Of a stretch of DNA of 64,000 nt, positions 1-10,985 are shown in pieces. Made by a program: the position numbers and the translations under genes. Source of the DNA: a virus (lineage: Duplodnaviria; Caudoviricetes); the IMG/VR virus record IMGVR_UViG_3300021091_000001, positions 1 through 64,000 of that record; one strand, written 5' to 3'. The stretch's first letter is position 1. Each line of letters starts with the position of its first letter. The notes beneath the pieces were generated by a model. The model searched no databases and was not told the DNA's origin. It saw only the letters and a list, made by a program, of their open reading frames with translations.

Positions 1-469
1 CTGCTGTTACTGCTGTATTATCAAGATTGATTGTAACTGTATCTGTTGCAGAAGCGACTGATGTAAGACCTGTACCGCCAGAAATGGTCAAAGTGTCTGT
101 GCCAGAAGTTATTGTTTGACTAGAACCACTGTCTGCAGCTACCGTAAACGACGTTGCAACGCCTGCAACAGCGGTATCGACATATCCTTTTGTTACAGCG
201 TGTGTCGAAGCAGATGGAGTCGGAACAACAACTGTTCCTGTAAATGTTTTATTACCAGAAATAGTTTGAGCAGTTGTGAGTGTAGTAAATGCACCAGAAC
301 CACCAATGGCAAGAATTGTTCCCGCCGTACCACCAGCGCCATTTGTTCCCTTACCGTAATAGAGGACGTCATCTACTTCTGTAAATGCTAATTCTGCGTT
401 TTCAAGCGACGCTGGTGCACCTGATGAGCCACCAGGAGCCCTTCTTTTGATTCTAATTGTATTTGACAT
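1..469 (-). CDS. Tail fibre / tropism-determinant-like virion protein (partial, runs off window)
   Basis: Not in ORF track. Manual translation from ATG at 469: MSNTIRIKRRAPGGSSGAPASLENAELAFTEVDDVLYYGKG..., Gly/Thr/Ala-rich with a HAVTKGYVD motif typical of tail fibres. Confidence 0.7.
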   Translation of the reverse strand, partial: MSNTIRIKRRAPGGSSGAPASLENAELAFTEVDDVLYYGKGTNGAGGTAGTILAIGGSGAFTTLTTAQTISGNKTFTGTVVVPTPSASTHAVTKGYVDTAVAGVATSFTVAADSGSSQTITSGTDTLTISGGTGLTSVASATDTVTINLDNTAVTA

Positions 470-471
470 TT

Positions 472-810
472 TTAGAAGTTTCCTCCATCAACTAAATTTT
501 CTTCAGAATAGTTTATCCATTGATTGCCATTATAACGAAGGACATCACCTGAACCTACTGTCGAAATAGTAACGTCACTTAAACCATTGAGAACAGATTG
601 TGTTGCTATTTGTGATTCTGCAGATATTATTCTGTCTTTGACCGTTAAATGAGAACCGGCAGGATTTAGACCCATTACAGTTTGAATTGCTTCTACAGCG
701 TCATTTAAATTTGCGTGCTGTTGTGCATGAGGTACTACAACCGAATTTAAAGTATCTGTTGGGCTAGGATTGATGAAATTATCAAGGGAACCAGGATATT
801 GTGTTGGCAT
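472..810 (-). CDS. Small virion structural protein (tail-fibre anchor-like)
   Basis: 112 aa; YPGSLDNF...HAQQHANLNDAVEAIQ N-terminus resembles actinophage minor tail proteins; ends LVDGGNF. Confidence 0.55.
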   Translation of the reverse strand: MPTQYPGSLDNFINPSPTDTLNSVVVPHAQQHANLNDAVEAIQTVMGLNPAGSHLTVKDRIISAESQIATQSVLNGLSDVTISTVGSGDVLRYNGNQWINYSEENLVDGGNF

Positions 811-817
811 ATTTCTC

Positions 818-1231
818 CTATAATGAAATAATTTTATTAGGGCCGTTTTCCCAAACTATAGTAATGGGACTTGATGAATTTGATCCAGTAAAAGGTAAAC
901 CAGTTGCGGTATCTACATAAAATATTAATCTTGATGTTTCGTCAGTTGCAGAAGACTGGTACCCAATAACGGCATTAAATGCAGAGCCATCATAATCTCC
1001 AATGATTAGATCACTTGCATCAACTACCCCTAAAGTAACAGTAACATTTTCAAGTGCATTTGATCTTTTTTTAATTGACCCAGCAGGTATATCAGAGACA
1101 TACTGATCAACATTTTGATTGGGTGTATATAAAGAATTGTTAATAATCAAAATCTTTATTTCAATTACAGATAAATTGATTTCGCCTTTTAAAAGAGATT
1201 CTTTTGTTTTCCCATAGATGAAATTACTCAT
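818..1231 (-). CDS. Virion structural protein
   Basis: Start corrected to MSNFIYGKTKESLLKGEINL (137 aa), abutting upstream gene; resembles a common actinophage structural family. Confidence 0.55.
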   Translation of the reverse strand: MSNFIYGKTKESLLKGEINLSVIEIKILIINNSLYTPNQNVDQYVSDIPAGSIKKRSNALENVTVTLGVVDASDLIIGDYDGSAFNAVIGYQSSATDETSRLIFYVDTATGLPFTGSNSSSPITIVWENGPNKIISL

Positions 1232-1232
1232 T

Positions 1233-2003
1233 CTAGACGCCCACATCTTTGGATACAATAATTCTATATTTGTATCCTGACTTAAAATAATCTTTGTCAT
1301 CAGTAAAATACACAGGCGTTGCATCTTCTGATGGAAAATCAACATACACTTCTGGCTTCCACGAGTGCATCAACACTCTTGTTTCGATATTTTCCCATCT
1401 TGAAACATTGCGTTGTATCTTTTTTCTCTGTGCTTTAAAATAAAAATTATTTAAAAAGTTTGTAGCAGGACGTGAACTAAATTTAATAATAACTCTTCCA
1501 TTATTATAATCATTATTTAAATAAAAATCACCGTTAATTGGATTAACATCTGCTATATAAAATTTAGGGTTTTTTGCCAAAATTTGAACTGTCGTATAGG
1601 CGTCAGTTCTAATAGAATGATCCTCTACAAACAGTTCCTGAATAACTGGAACAGTGTAGGAATTAAATTCACTTGGAGTTGCACTTTCCTCTTGAGTAAA
1701 GCATATCTGTTCTTCGGAAATTGACTCATTTGCCGCATCCAAAAAATTGACAAGCCTAATTAAATACTCTTTATTTGTTTGCCTAGTAACATCCCAGTAC
1801 AACTTAAGAGTTCTTGATATTTGATTATAGTCAGCTATTGTATTAATTGGAAGAAAAGGTTGAGCTAAAACTGTAGGAGTAGCATGGTTAGTCTGAACTA
1901 TAAAATTTTCATTTTTAAGACTTGATATTTTAATTGTTTTACCAAATCTTATGACAACCATATTGGTATCAACAATGGCGTACTCAATTAACGGAAGGGT
2001 CAC
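1233..2003 (-). CDS. Virion protein, probably two Ig-like beta domains
   Basis: 256 aa, beta-rich, immediately downstream of the capsid operon terminator. Confidence 0.45.
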   Translation of the reverse strand: MTLPLIEYAIVDTNMVVIRFGKTIKISSLKNENFIVQTNHATPTVLAQPFLPINTIADYNQISRTLKLYWDVTRQTNKEYLIRLVNFLDAANESISEEQICFTQEESATPSEFNSYTVPVIQELFVEDHSIRTDAYTTVQILAKNPKFYIADVNPINGDFYLNNDYNNGRVIIKFSSRPATNFLNNFYFKAQRKKIQRNVSRWENIETRVLMHSWKPEVYVDFPSEDATPVYFTDDKDYFKSGYKYRIIVSKDVGV

Positions 2004-2060
2004 ATTAATCTCCTGATTACAAACTAATAATATTAGTAACCAATCATTGGAATAAAAGAA

Positions 2061-2088
2061 CAGGGGGCGACCCGAAAGTCGCCCCCTG
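2061..2088 (-). terminator. Rho-independent terminator after major capsid gene
   Basis: 11-bp stem CAGGGGGCGAC/GTCGCCCCCTG followed on minus strand by TTCTTTTATT. Confidence 0.85.
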
Positions 2089-2128
2089 CTTTTAGGGTAT
2101 CGTAACTATAACTACCCTAAGGTTTTTT

Positions 2129-3190
2129 TTAGAGGTTCGAAGTAATCGATCTTGTGACTTCTACTTCGTAGTTACGTGCTAGCTTGACATTCTTAGCAAC
2201 GGTGATACCTTCACCGTCACCCAGCATGACAATATCGTAGCGCTCCTTCATCTTCATTGAACGAATGTCACGGCTTGGATCATCGAACTGATCGGTGCTC
2301 ATGTCATCCTTGACGAGGAGTGTGCCAACCTCATTACGATCAATGAGGAATAGGTCTGACTTAGCTGGTGTTGCGCCACTCTTAGCGGTGAAGCTGACGA
2401 ATGGTGAAACAATAACGTTCAAGCCCATTGGAGCAGTAGCATTAAGCGTACCTTCCTTGGACTGTGGACGGTAACCCCAGCTTGTATTCATCTGTGCGCC
2501 ACCTGCGTGGAAGACATTGTCCTTGAGGAACAATGACCACATAAGTGGGTGAAGGATGAAGTCAGTTGGAACATGATTCTCAGCCATGAGAACTGCAGCC
2601 ATATCAACGATATTGTCCCAGGCAATTGTCTGGTTCAATGCGCCGTTGATGTCACGACCACTTGTGTCGTCATAGCTGCCACTGTCGTTGTCAAAGACGA
2701 TGGTTGCAGCGTCCTTGAAGCGACTAAGAGCAATTTGTTCCTTGAGACGTGCCATGGCGCGTCCTGCAGCTCTTACGTGCATGCCTACGATATCCCAAAG
2801 GGAGTCAGCAATTACTTCCTCAGTAAAGGCCAGCTTTACGCCCTTCTTTGATACCTTGCCCTCGATCTGCTTGGCAAATGCGAGTGCTTGTTCTGGGTAC
2901 TCTTGTCCTTCGGGTATCTCTGCTGCTTGGATGGCATTTACTGCAGGGAACTCCAAGGAGCGTCCCTTTCCGAGGCGAACTGTTGAGAGAAGTGGCGTAA
3001 CCAGCAATTGTGGCTCAGCTGCTTCCTTAAGAGTGCGAGAGATTATTTTGGGGAAGAGGATTGCAGCGTCAGACGATGCAAATGCTTCCTTAATAGTTAC
3101 TCTGTTATCTTCGTCAATATATCCATCCTCGGCCAGCGCGGCTTCCCAAGCTGGGAGACCCGAGAGGAGCTCTTGGATTGTCTTACTCAT
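2129..3190 (-). CDS. Major capsid protein (HK97 fold)
   Basis: 353 aa; AAEIPEGQEYPE, KKGVKLAFTEEVIADS, PTDFILHPLMW pattern; position after protease and decoration genes. Confidence 0.88.
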   Translation of the reverse strand: MSKTIQELLSGLPAWEAALAEDGYIDEDNRVTIKEAFASSDAAILFPKIISRTLKEAAEPQLLVTPLLSTVRLGKGRSLEFPAVNAIQAAEIPEGQEYPEQALAFAKQIEGKVSKKGVKLAFTEEVIADSLWDIVGMHVRAAGRAMARLKEQIALSRFKDAATIVFDNDSGSYDDTSGRDINGALNQTIAWDNIVDMAAVLMAENHVPTDFILHPLMWSLFLKDNVFHAGGAQMNTSWGYRPQSKEGTLNATAPMGLNVIVSPFVSFTAKSGATPAKSDLFLIDRNEVGTLLVKDDMSTDQFDDPSRDIRSMKMKERYDIVMLGDGEGITVAKNVKLARNYEVEVTRSITSNL

Positions 3191-3224
3191 CTTAGGATTA
3201 TTCCTCCTGTGCTATTTTCTTTTA

Positions 3225-3998
3225 TTATATTGTGAGATTAACGCGGAATGCGCCAATCACGTTGTGGACATCCAGGTTGCTACGGATACCAAGCTTGCCC
3301 GAGAAAGCGCCTGAGCGAGTAAGCTCAAACACAGTCTTAAGTGCACCTGGGTCTGAAGGAAGCTGCATATAAGAAAGCAAGCCATCATCAAAGTTGGTTG
3401 CAAACTTCTCAACCTCTACTACCTTACCAACCTGGAGGTAAGAATAGACTGCAGAGCTGTTGTAGAAATCAGCAGCAGCTGCCTTCACTGGACGTCCCAT
3501 ATGATCGGAACGCACCACATCACCGGCAGCAACGTCAGCGTTGATGCCTGAAACCATTGGGTACTCTACGTAGCCATGGGTAATGAACCCAGCACCCTGT
3601 GAGGTGCCCTTGTCGAATGGACGGTAGAGGTCGTACTGTGCAACACCTACTGGAACTGATCTTGCAGCAACAGTAACAGTGTCAGTTGCTCCAGAGCTGT
3701 AAGATGGAGTTGCACCATCTAGTGGATCCCAAGATGATGGCATGTTGTCACCAAAAGTGATTGCAGCCGATGTACCATTAGCTGGAACAACTCTTGAATC
3801 ACCAGCTGAGTCGGTTACGACTGAAAGAATTGTACCCTTAGTGATGACGATCTCGAAACGATCATCTTCACTGTCAAGGTACCATGTAGGAAGGCCAGGA
3901 TGTGGCAGGAGGTAAGCTGCTGGGGCAATACCCTCTGAGATTACGAAACGACCTGCGCCGGTCTTAGTGCCTACCTTACGGAATTTAGCTAAACTCAT
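3225..3998 (-). CDS. Capsid decoration/cement-like protein
   Basis: 257 aa between scaffold and capsid; VAAGDVVRSDHMGRPVKA motif typical of decoration proteins. Confidence 0.55.
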   Translation of the reverse strand: MSLAKFRKVGTKTGAGRFVISEGIAPAAYLLPHPGLPTWYLDSEDDRFEIVITKGTILSVVTDSAGDSRVVPANGTSAAITFGDNMPSSWDPLDGATPSYSSGATDTVTVAARSVPVGVAQYDLYRPFDKGTSQGAGFITHGYVEYPMVSGINADVAAGDVVRSDHMGRPVKAAAADFYNSSAVYSYLQVGKVVEVEKFATNFDDGLLSYMQLPSDPGALKTVFELTRSGAFSGKLGIRSNLDVHNVIGAFRVNLTI

Positions 3999-4023
3999 TT
4001 AAGTTTCTCCTTGAAATATAAAT

Positions 4024-5626
4024 TTATAGTTTTCTGCGGCCCATGAGAGCATCTACAAATACTTGCTCTGGGATTGATTCTGTTTTTGATTTTTCTTCTT
4101 TGATCTGACCATCAATGGTGGTGACATTGTCCTCACCCTCAACAGCTTCGATTTCAGAATTGATTTCTGGCATTGGTGCCTTGTTTGATTTAAATTGTGG
4201 CATCTTTGCAAGATCTCTTAGTGAATCTGCTAACGAAGAAGCAGTACGCTTTGCATGCTCCTCAATAAGCTCTTCTCTTTCTTCTGCAGCTTCAACACCA
4301 GCAGCAATCTTTGCATCAACAACTCTTTCAACAAGAGTTCTGTGCAATGCGCTTCTGAGCTTTGCATTCTCTTCTTCAAGGGCCTTAACTCTTTCGAGTT
4401 TCTCGGAATCCTCGTTCTCAGCGACTTCTTCTTTATCGTTGAGTGAATCCTCCTGAGTTTCGCCCTCTTTAGAAACAGTCTGAGTTTCCTCAGACTTCTC
4501 ATCGGATTCTTCAGATTCTTCAGAATCAACAACTTCTTCAGTATGTTCTTCTGTTCTCTCTGCGTCCTCTTCGGAGACCTTTTCTTCGCTTGATTCAGCG
4601 ACTTCTTCTTGTTCTTCTTTAGCGTCGACTTCTTCGCCCTGAACTTCTTCAGAAACTTCTTCTTGCTGCTTTGATTCTGAAGCAATAGAAGACAAAGAAT
4701 CGCTCAATTCTTGAGCAACAAGAAGAATATCTTCTTCTTTAGTAGAATTATCCATTTTTTCATTCTCCTGAGAATCAGTACTGACCATTATATCTTCAGT
4801 AGATAGTAATGCAGTATTAGATTTATTGTAATTTTCGCTCTCCTGGATTGAAAGTGCTGTCAAAAAAGCTCCCTTAAGATGTAAGTAAAGAGGCTTTGAT
4901 TCTTTCTTTTTCATATTTGAAAAAACTGATTCATTTTCTTCTACAGAGATAATATCTTCTTTATCCATACTTAAAAGAAAAGCTGAGCTTTTAGCTACCC
5001 ATTCGCCATCTGAGGTATCTAGTGACCCAGAATTAGGAGAATTGATTGATCTAACGCTTGACTTTGAGTCAGCTGGTTGATTCACAAAAGAATACTCTTT
5101 AAAAGAGATTTCTTGCATGTCGACAAATGCTAATTTGCCCTTATAAACCTGGCCTCTTCTATACTTTGAAAACTTAGGCCTTCCGTTGTCATCTTCTTTA
5201 GCTAGATCGTCGCCAGTAATTGAACATACTGCTTTTCCAGCCCTTCCACCAACAGAACCTGTCAAATATCTCTTATCAAGAACTTTTTGAATTGCAGCCG
5301 GATCTGTAATTGCAACTTGCAAACGCACAAATGAAGAACCATCTGCTTCTTTATCCATCCTTGCAGCCATAACTCTACCGATTGGTTCCGAGTTAATATC
5401 ATGATTGAGAATAATTGGCTTTGGATATGGCTCAACCCAAGACTGGAGAGCCTTTTCTAATTCTGCTGCAGAGTAATTATTATAATTTCCGTGTAAGACC
5501 TTCGTGTATAGCTGCAACCTCAATAATAAGACCGCTATTTGAATTAATTGCTTCCTCAAAGGAAACATTCATTTTTGAAAAGTCTGGAAGTTGAACAGTA
5601 AAATTTTCTACGAAATCAAAACTCAT
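4024..5626 (-). CDS. Prohead protease fused to acidic scaffold domain; +1 frameshift at 5491
   Basis: GGAGA RBS then ATG at 5626 gives MSFDFVENF...EVAAIHEGLT, which joins GNYNNYSAAELEK of ORF 4024..5568 if one base is skipped; PKPIILNHD and LTGSVGG protease-like motifs; Glu-rich coiled-coil C-terminus. Confidence 0.78.
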
Positions 5627-5730
5627 TGGTTTCTCCGTGTTTGCATAGCATACTCGCTTGAACTATATAGTAAATTTGCTTTTATAACATTAAACAATTT
5701 TATATAAAGATATCATGTTTTTATATAGTT

Positions 5731-6492
5731 TTAAAATATTATCATTTCTCTTGCATCACCATTTGTTTTAAAATGATCTAGCATTGCCTCATGCATAATG
5801 TGAGGTGCATAAATATAACTCGCGCAATACAGTTCTAGACCATTTTTAGCTGCATTCACAGACCATCCCAAGTCCTCGCCTTGTATGTGCAGTTCATAAT
5901 CAACAAGATTATAAGTTTTTTTTGACATCATCTTTGCTGCCATTATGACATCAGATTTAAAATAACTTCCCAGTGGATATTCTTTTGTTCTATGTGCTTT
6001 GTATGAATCTTTATCAAGCCATGTCATTACACTTGGATAATCCACTCCAACAGGAGTCATAAACATTAAAGGATTTACAGCATCTGCGCCGTCATTAATG
6101 TGACTAATTAAAAGTTCTATTGTTGAAGGATTTTTTAAGATAATGTCTGAATCAAGACTGAAATAATAATCTGGTTGTATTTCTCTTACTCGAGAAAGAA
6201 GAGAGTTTCTAAGAGAAACCATGTTCTCATATTTTGAAATACTCCATTGTCTTCCGTTTTCTATATGCTCAAAATGAGGAACGTCTTTTCTTTCTCGAAT
6301 TTCATACAAAGGAATTTCTGGATGAACTTGTCTCCACCTATGTAGCATGGTGGCAGTCTCTTCATCATCTGGACTTGTCTCAAATATAAAACCTATTTTT
6401 GATAAAGGAATTGATTGTCTTTCCAATGCCATTGCCCACAATGGAAAAATCCAACTTCTTTTATAAATAGGACAACCTATTATTAGCTTCAT
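5731..6492 (-). CDS. Glycosyltransferase (GT-A fold, GT2-like)
   Basis: N-terminal LIIGCPIYKR, DxD motif YFSLDSD, GEDLGWS motif. Confidence 0.75.
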   Translation of the reverse strand: MKLIIGCPIYKRSWIFPLWAMALERQSIPLSKIGFIFETSPDDEETATMLHRWRQVHPEIPLYEIRERKDVPHFEHIENGRQWSISKYENMVSLRNSLLSRVREIQPDYYFSLDSDIILKNPSTIELLISHINDGADAVNPLMFMTPVGVDYPSVMTWLDKDSYKAHRTKEYPLGSYFKSDVIMAAKMMSKKTYNLVDYELHIQGEDLGWSVNAAKNGLELYCASYIYAPHIMHEAMLDHFKTNGDAREMIIF

Positions 6493-6497
6493 ATATA

Positions 6498-6803
6498 TTA
6501 TTCAGCTTCGATTTTTATTTCTTCTTTTTTGATAGCAGGTTTTTTAGCTGCAGTTTCTTTTTCCTCAACAAACTTTTCTGCTTTGATATTTTTTTCTACT
6601 ACAACTGGAGTTAGTTTTTTTGTTTCTTCTTCAGAATCTTCAAAAACTATATTGAACATTTCCATCATTCCGTCTATAACATCAGCAAGAATCTGCAAAG
6701 CAAGTCTGACTTGACCATTTTCTACTGCTGATTTGAAACCTTGAATTGCATCTTCTTCTCTCGTGTATTCTTTTGAGACTTCTGAAGTAATCATTATTGA
6801 CAT
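6498..6803 (-). CDS. Hypothetical protein, charged C-terminus
   Basis: ORF between portal and glycosyltransferase; start set at MSIMITSEV. Confidence 0.55.
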   Translation of the reverse strand: MSIMITSEVSKEYTREEDAIQGFKSAVENGQVRLALQILADVIDGMMEMFNIVFEDSEEETKKLTPVVVEKNIKAEKFVEEKETAAKKPAIKKEEIKIEAE

Positions 6804-6804
6804 A

Positions 6805-8448
6805 TTAATCCTCTTTTGACATTTGATCATCTTGTATGATTACATTATACTGCTCTTCCAACAGATTTTCAACTAAACCAATCCATGTAGAATCGGATCT
6901 TTTTATATTTGGAGATGTTCTTCTTCCCTGTTGATTTTGTGGCCTAACTAAGTTGCCAACTCCTCTTCTTCTTGAGGGCAAGTTTCTTTGACCAGAGGAA
7001 GCTGAAGATTGTTTGTCTCCATCTTTTGTTACGTCTTTAGACTGCTGAGCTTTTGCTTGAGCGTCCATTTGTGCGGCAGCCATGTCCATCTGCATTTGTG
7101 ATTGAATGCCTTGGAATGTAGCCTCCAAATCTATATTTGGATCTTCGCCAAGTTTGATTCTTGCTTCGTCAATCGAAATAAGAGAGTTAACATATTTTTG
7201 TATTATATGTGTTTCTTTCTTAACTTGAGTGTCAACGTCAATCTCATTAAATTTGAAATAACATCTGTCTGAAACTTCCGATGTAATTGGATTAATAAGA
7301 GGATCAAACCCGCCTTCAAACAACAATTCATTAAGAATATTTACTCTTACCATCTCAGCAAATTGTTTTTGAAAATGCTTGATTTTATCGTAAAGAGCAG
7401 TGTCTAATCTTTCTGTTACAGATCTATTTCCACCATTCATGCTCATTCCCAAATGATGAGGAGAAACACCTAAACCAATAGCAACTCTTTCCTTAAAGTG
7501 ATCAAGATATGCACTTGCATCTAGTGCTTCATTTGCTGATCCGACGACTTCAACGTCATGTCTAAATGGAAGAATTAATCCGCCTTCTGCTCTGAGGTTT
7601 TCTATCTCAGCAGCTGCTTGATCAATTTCTTCTGGCTCAGCTGGTTGATCTGCTGTGCCAATTCTGTATTTATACAATGGAAAAAGTTCTCTGTGAACTA
7701 GATTTTGAATGTCTTCTTCCATCTGACGTAGAGCAATGACGTCATCTAAAACATTTGATAGAAATGGCGTACCAAAAGCTCTCCCTGGTTTTCTATCAAA
7801 GAAAAGATGTATTATTCTGTCAGCTGACCATACAGGATCCCTATCTGTAGGAGCATAGGTTAGAGGATCTGTTTGCTGTTGGTATGATTTAGGTCTATTG
7901 TGCTTATCGCGCAGAATTCTAGTTTGCTCTGTTGGAATTAAATAATATCCAACAACAGGAAAACCACCATTGATTCCATCAAGTTTTATTGGAAAATACT
8001 CTGACATATCTGCTCTTGCTTTTACGATAAAAACATTTGCAAATTTGAATAGCTGATCAGATAAATCAATAAGAAAATCTAGAAATGGTCTTTTCATTGC
8101 CATTTCCATGTAGTCTATTCTTTGATACAAATAAGCTACAGCCTCTGGATTTTCTCCAACAATCTGCCAACCTTCCTTCCAAAATAAGTCTTTGTATTTT
8201 GCTACAGCTTGTTTGACATATGAGTCTGTATCAACTGCTTGAATAATGCGATCAAAATCATATGGCGAAGGTTCAAAATTGCTTCTGCCAGTATAAAAAT
8301 AGTTTGTCCCTTTATAGCCTAGAGCAAGGGCAGCTATTCTCATGGCCTTACCAAGAGAGCTTATTCTTTCTGGCGGAAGTTGAGCTGCTACAAAATCAGC
8401 TTCACTAAGTTCTAGCCTTCTGAAAGGAAGGTATTGACGCAATGGCAT
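6805..8448 (-). CDS. Portal protein
   Basis: 547 aa; IIHLFFDRKPGRAFGTPFLSNVLDD and AIGLGVSPHHLG segments typical of portals; position in head module. Confidence 0.85.
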   Translation of the reverse strand: MPLRQYLPFRRLELSEADFVAAQLPPERISSLGKAMRIAALALGYKGTNYFYTGRSNFEPSPYDFDRIIQAVDTDSYVKQAVAKYKDLFWKEGWQIVGENPEAVAYLYQRIDYMEMAMKRPFLDFLIDLSDQLFKFANVFIVKARADMSEYFPIKLDGINGGFPVVGYYLIPTEQTRILRDKHNRPKSYQQQTDPLTYAPTDRDPVWSADRIIHLFFDRKPGRAFGTPFLSNVLDDVIALRQMEEDIQNLVHRELFPLYKYRIGTADQPAEPEEIDQAAAEIENLRAEGGLILPFRHDVEVVGSANEALDASAYLDHFKERVAIGLGVSPHHLGMSMNGGNRSVTERLDTALYDKIKHFQKQFAEMVRVNILNELLFEGGFDPLINPITSEVSDRCYFKFNEIDVDTQVKKETHIIQKYVNSLISIDEARIKLGEDPNIDLEATFQGIQSQMQMDMAAAQMDAQAKAQQSKDVTKDGDKQSSASSGQRNLPSRRRGVGNLVRPQNQQGRRTSPNIKRSDSTWIGLVENLLEEQYNVIIQDDQMSKED

Positions 8449-8514
8449 AAGAGGCTACACTCCAAAATTAAATAGGAATTATTTCTGTATAGTACAGTTT
8501 ATAATTATTTAAAT

Positions 8515-8694
8515 TCAGCTTTTGCCTTCAGCGTCCTGGAATGTCTTATTAATAATAATTCCCTTAATTGACTCCAGCCAGAACACCGTCTCTGGCTCAG
8601 AAAAATCGCTCTTATAAGACAAATTTGAATTTGTAATCTTGATACTAATAGTAAATTCTTTTTCTTCTACTTTTTCAACAGTTTCTTCTGACAT
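8515..8694 (-). CDS. Small hypothetical protein (59 aa)
   Basis: Manual translation MSEETVEKVEEKEFTISIKITNSNLSYKSDFSEPETVFWLESIKG...; start overlaps upstream stop (TAATG). Confidence 0.6.
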   Translation of the reverse strand: MSEETVEKVEEKEFTISIKITNSNLSYKSDFSEPETVFWLESIKGIIINKTFQDAEGKS

Positions 8695-8861
8695 TACTTA
8701 TCCTTTTTGCTTGTATTTTTTGCGGACTCAGTCATTGACTGAATCTGAGCTGTTAACTGCTTAATTGTAGCATCTTTGACAATGGTTTCTGTCATTAATT
8801 GATTAATTTTTTCTTGAAATGACTGAACTATTAAATTAATATCTAAGTTTCGATCTTGCAC
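8694..8861 (-). CDS. Small coiled-coil protein (55 aa)
   Basis: AAGGAG RBS, GTG start, MQDRNLDINLIVQSFQEKINQLMTETIVKDATIKQL... Confidence 0.55.
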   Translation of the reverse strand: MQDRNLDINLIVQSFQEKINQLMTETIVKDATIKQLTAQIQSMTESAKNTSKKDK

Positions 8862-8875
8862 TTGCGCGCACTCCT

Positions 8876-10985
8876 TTAGTTATTTAACTGGGATTCTAAG
8901 ACTTCTATTCTAGCACATAATTCTTGTATAGACCTTACAGAAAGAGCAACTATATCGACGTATCTATACATAGTTGGATACCATTCGGATATGTCATACG
9001 CACCGCCTGGTTGATCTGGTTTTATTTTTGTATTTTTTGGATGGTAATCAACAAGATCTTTACTAACTTCTTCTACTTCTTCTACTACAAAACCATATGA
9101 TCTAGATAAAGATTGGATATCTAGAGCTTGTTGTGTCCATCTTTTTCCAGTATTAGGATCTATAACCCAAAGCTCTCCAGTCTCTGGATCTGGATCACCT
9201 ATCTTAGCTCTATATTTTCTTGGTCTTAGTTTTTTGACTATATCTAATCCACTAACAATGTCTTCAATATTATCTTTCAATTCTCTTCTAGAAGTAATTT
9301 GAACAAGCCTGTATACATTTTGGCCTTGAATGAAATCTGTTCTTAAATTTGGAGTTGTAGAAGTAACTTGTGGCACATTTTGGGACCATCTATAAGTGAA
9401 ACCATTTTCAACTGTAACGTTCCTTGCTGTCATTGCTCCAGTAACAGACATATTTGCTCCAACATTAAGCGTACCATCGATTGTCGCCGTACCAGTTGAA
9501 GTTAGATTGCCCAACATATTAACACGAAATGGTGCGTTACTAAACGTTTGGTCACCTAAATAAATACCACTTGAATCAGCTTTAAATACACTATTACCAG
9601 AACCAATTAATACTGATCCATGGAATGTTCCTGTTGCTCCTTGTAAAGAACCGTTGAAATACTGCAGATCCATCGGAATTAAGTGCGACTGTGTTTACTC
9701 CACCAGTGTTATATATTTTTATACCAGTAGAATCTATTGAAAGGCGAGCACCTGAAGTGCCAGTATTAACATTTACGCTATTGAGATTAATTGTTCCAGT
9801 TGTAATTACTCCACCTGATATTGTGGTTACACCTGTTCCACCTAAATTATTTTTTACATCACCAGGAGAAACTTTTCCATTAGCAGTATTTTGCGCTGTA
9901 TCAATTGAACTATTAACTTGAGATGCAGTACGTGATCCTATTGTTACTGTTCCATCAATGACTAATTCATTTGTAGTTGCATTCCAATATAATTTATTTT
10001 TTAAAGAAAAATTTCCAGAAGAATCTACATAAAATGCTGTGTCTGCATTAGCGTAATTTCCAGTTCCTATATATATCTTATTAGTTCCGGCATTAATTCC
10101 TGCTATTGTTCCACCAGTTTGTGTTGCATTTGTTATGACTTGACCTGTTGTGGTTAAATTTGCGCCATCCCATTGAATGAATTTTGTTCCAGTTCCAGCA
10201 AAGAAGTTTCCGGTATTTGAAACTCTAAATGGAGCAGTTGCTTTATTCGCTACAGCAGCTCCCAGCCACATGTTTCCATCGATATCAACATGAAAAGAAC
10301 TTGTGTCATCTCCACCAATATCCAATTGAGATCTTATTGTTAACTGATTAAATTCAGCGTTTCCAACACCATCTATCTTCCACCCTTCAGATCCAGTAGA
10401 ATAATTTGAAGACTTTATGATAGATGTTGCTCCAGCTAATGTAATTGTATGTGCACCTATTGTTCCTGAAGTTATTTTAGATGCTGTAAGATTATTTATA
10501 TATTGATCTTGAATCAATGGAGTATCGCCAGAACCAACCAACGGATAAACCCAAGCCCCCCTTGTTCCTGCGGTACTTACTGTTCTTACGGTTCCCCAAT
10601 ATGCTGTATTGACAGACGAAGTTGAGTTTTCAACAGACACGGTAAAAACATTAGCTTTTGCTGTACCAGAAATTAGGTCTCCATTTGTTGCGGTTTTTTG
10701 GTTGACCAAAGTTCCTGTACCGGCAGAGTTATCATAGAGTCTATACTCAAAGTAATCTAGATCTATATCATTAACTGGATCAAATGCAAACATGACTGTT
10801 TCAAAGTTTGCGGCCAAAGTCAATCCAGTAATATTAGACGGATTTCCAACTGCAGATGGAGTCTTGACTCTAATTGCTTCTGGTAATTCATCTAATGCTG
10901 AAATTTCTACATTCTTTGGTTTGAGCGTAAATAAATAGTTGGAATCTGGGTTTAGTCCGCTAATTGTCTTTTTGATCTTTGCCAT
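8876..10985 (-). CDS. Tail fibre/spike with C-terminal S74 intramolecular chaperone; +1 frameshift near 9653
   Basis: ORFs 9594..10985 and 8876..9673 join as ...DGSAVF(Q or N)GSLQGATG...; ITASKITSGTI fibre motifs; SRRELKDNIEDI...GFVVEEVEEV...SVRSIQEL S74 signature. Confidence 0.8.

Noticed and set aside
2549-3544. Plus-strand ORFs 2549..2851, 2688..3314, 3008..3235, 3341..3544
   Set aside because: Antisense shadows of capsid and decoration genes; no RBS or protein-like motifs
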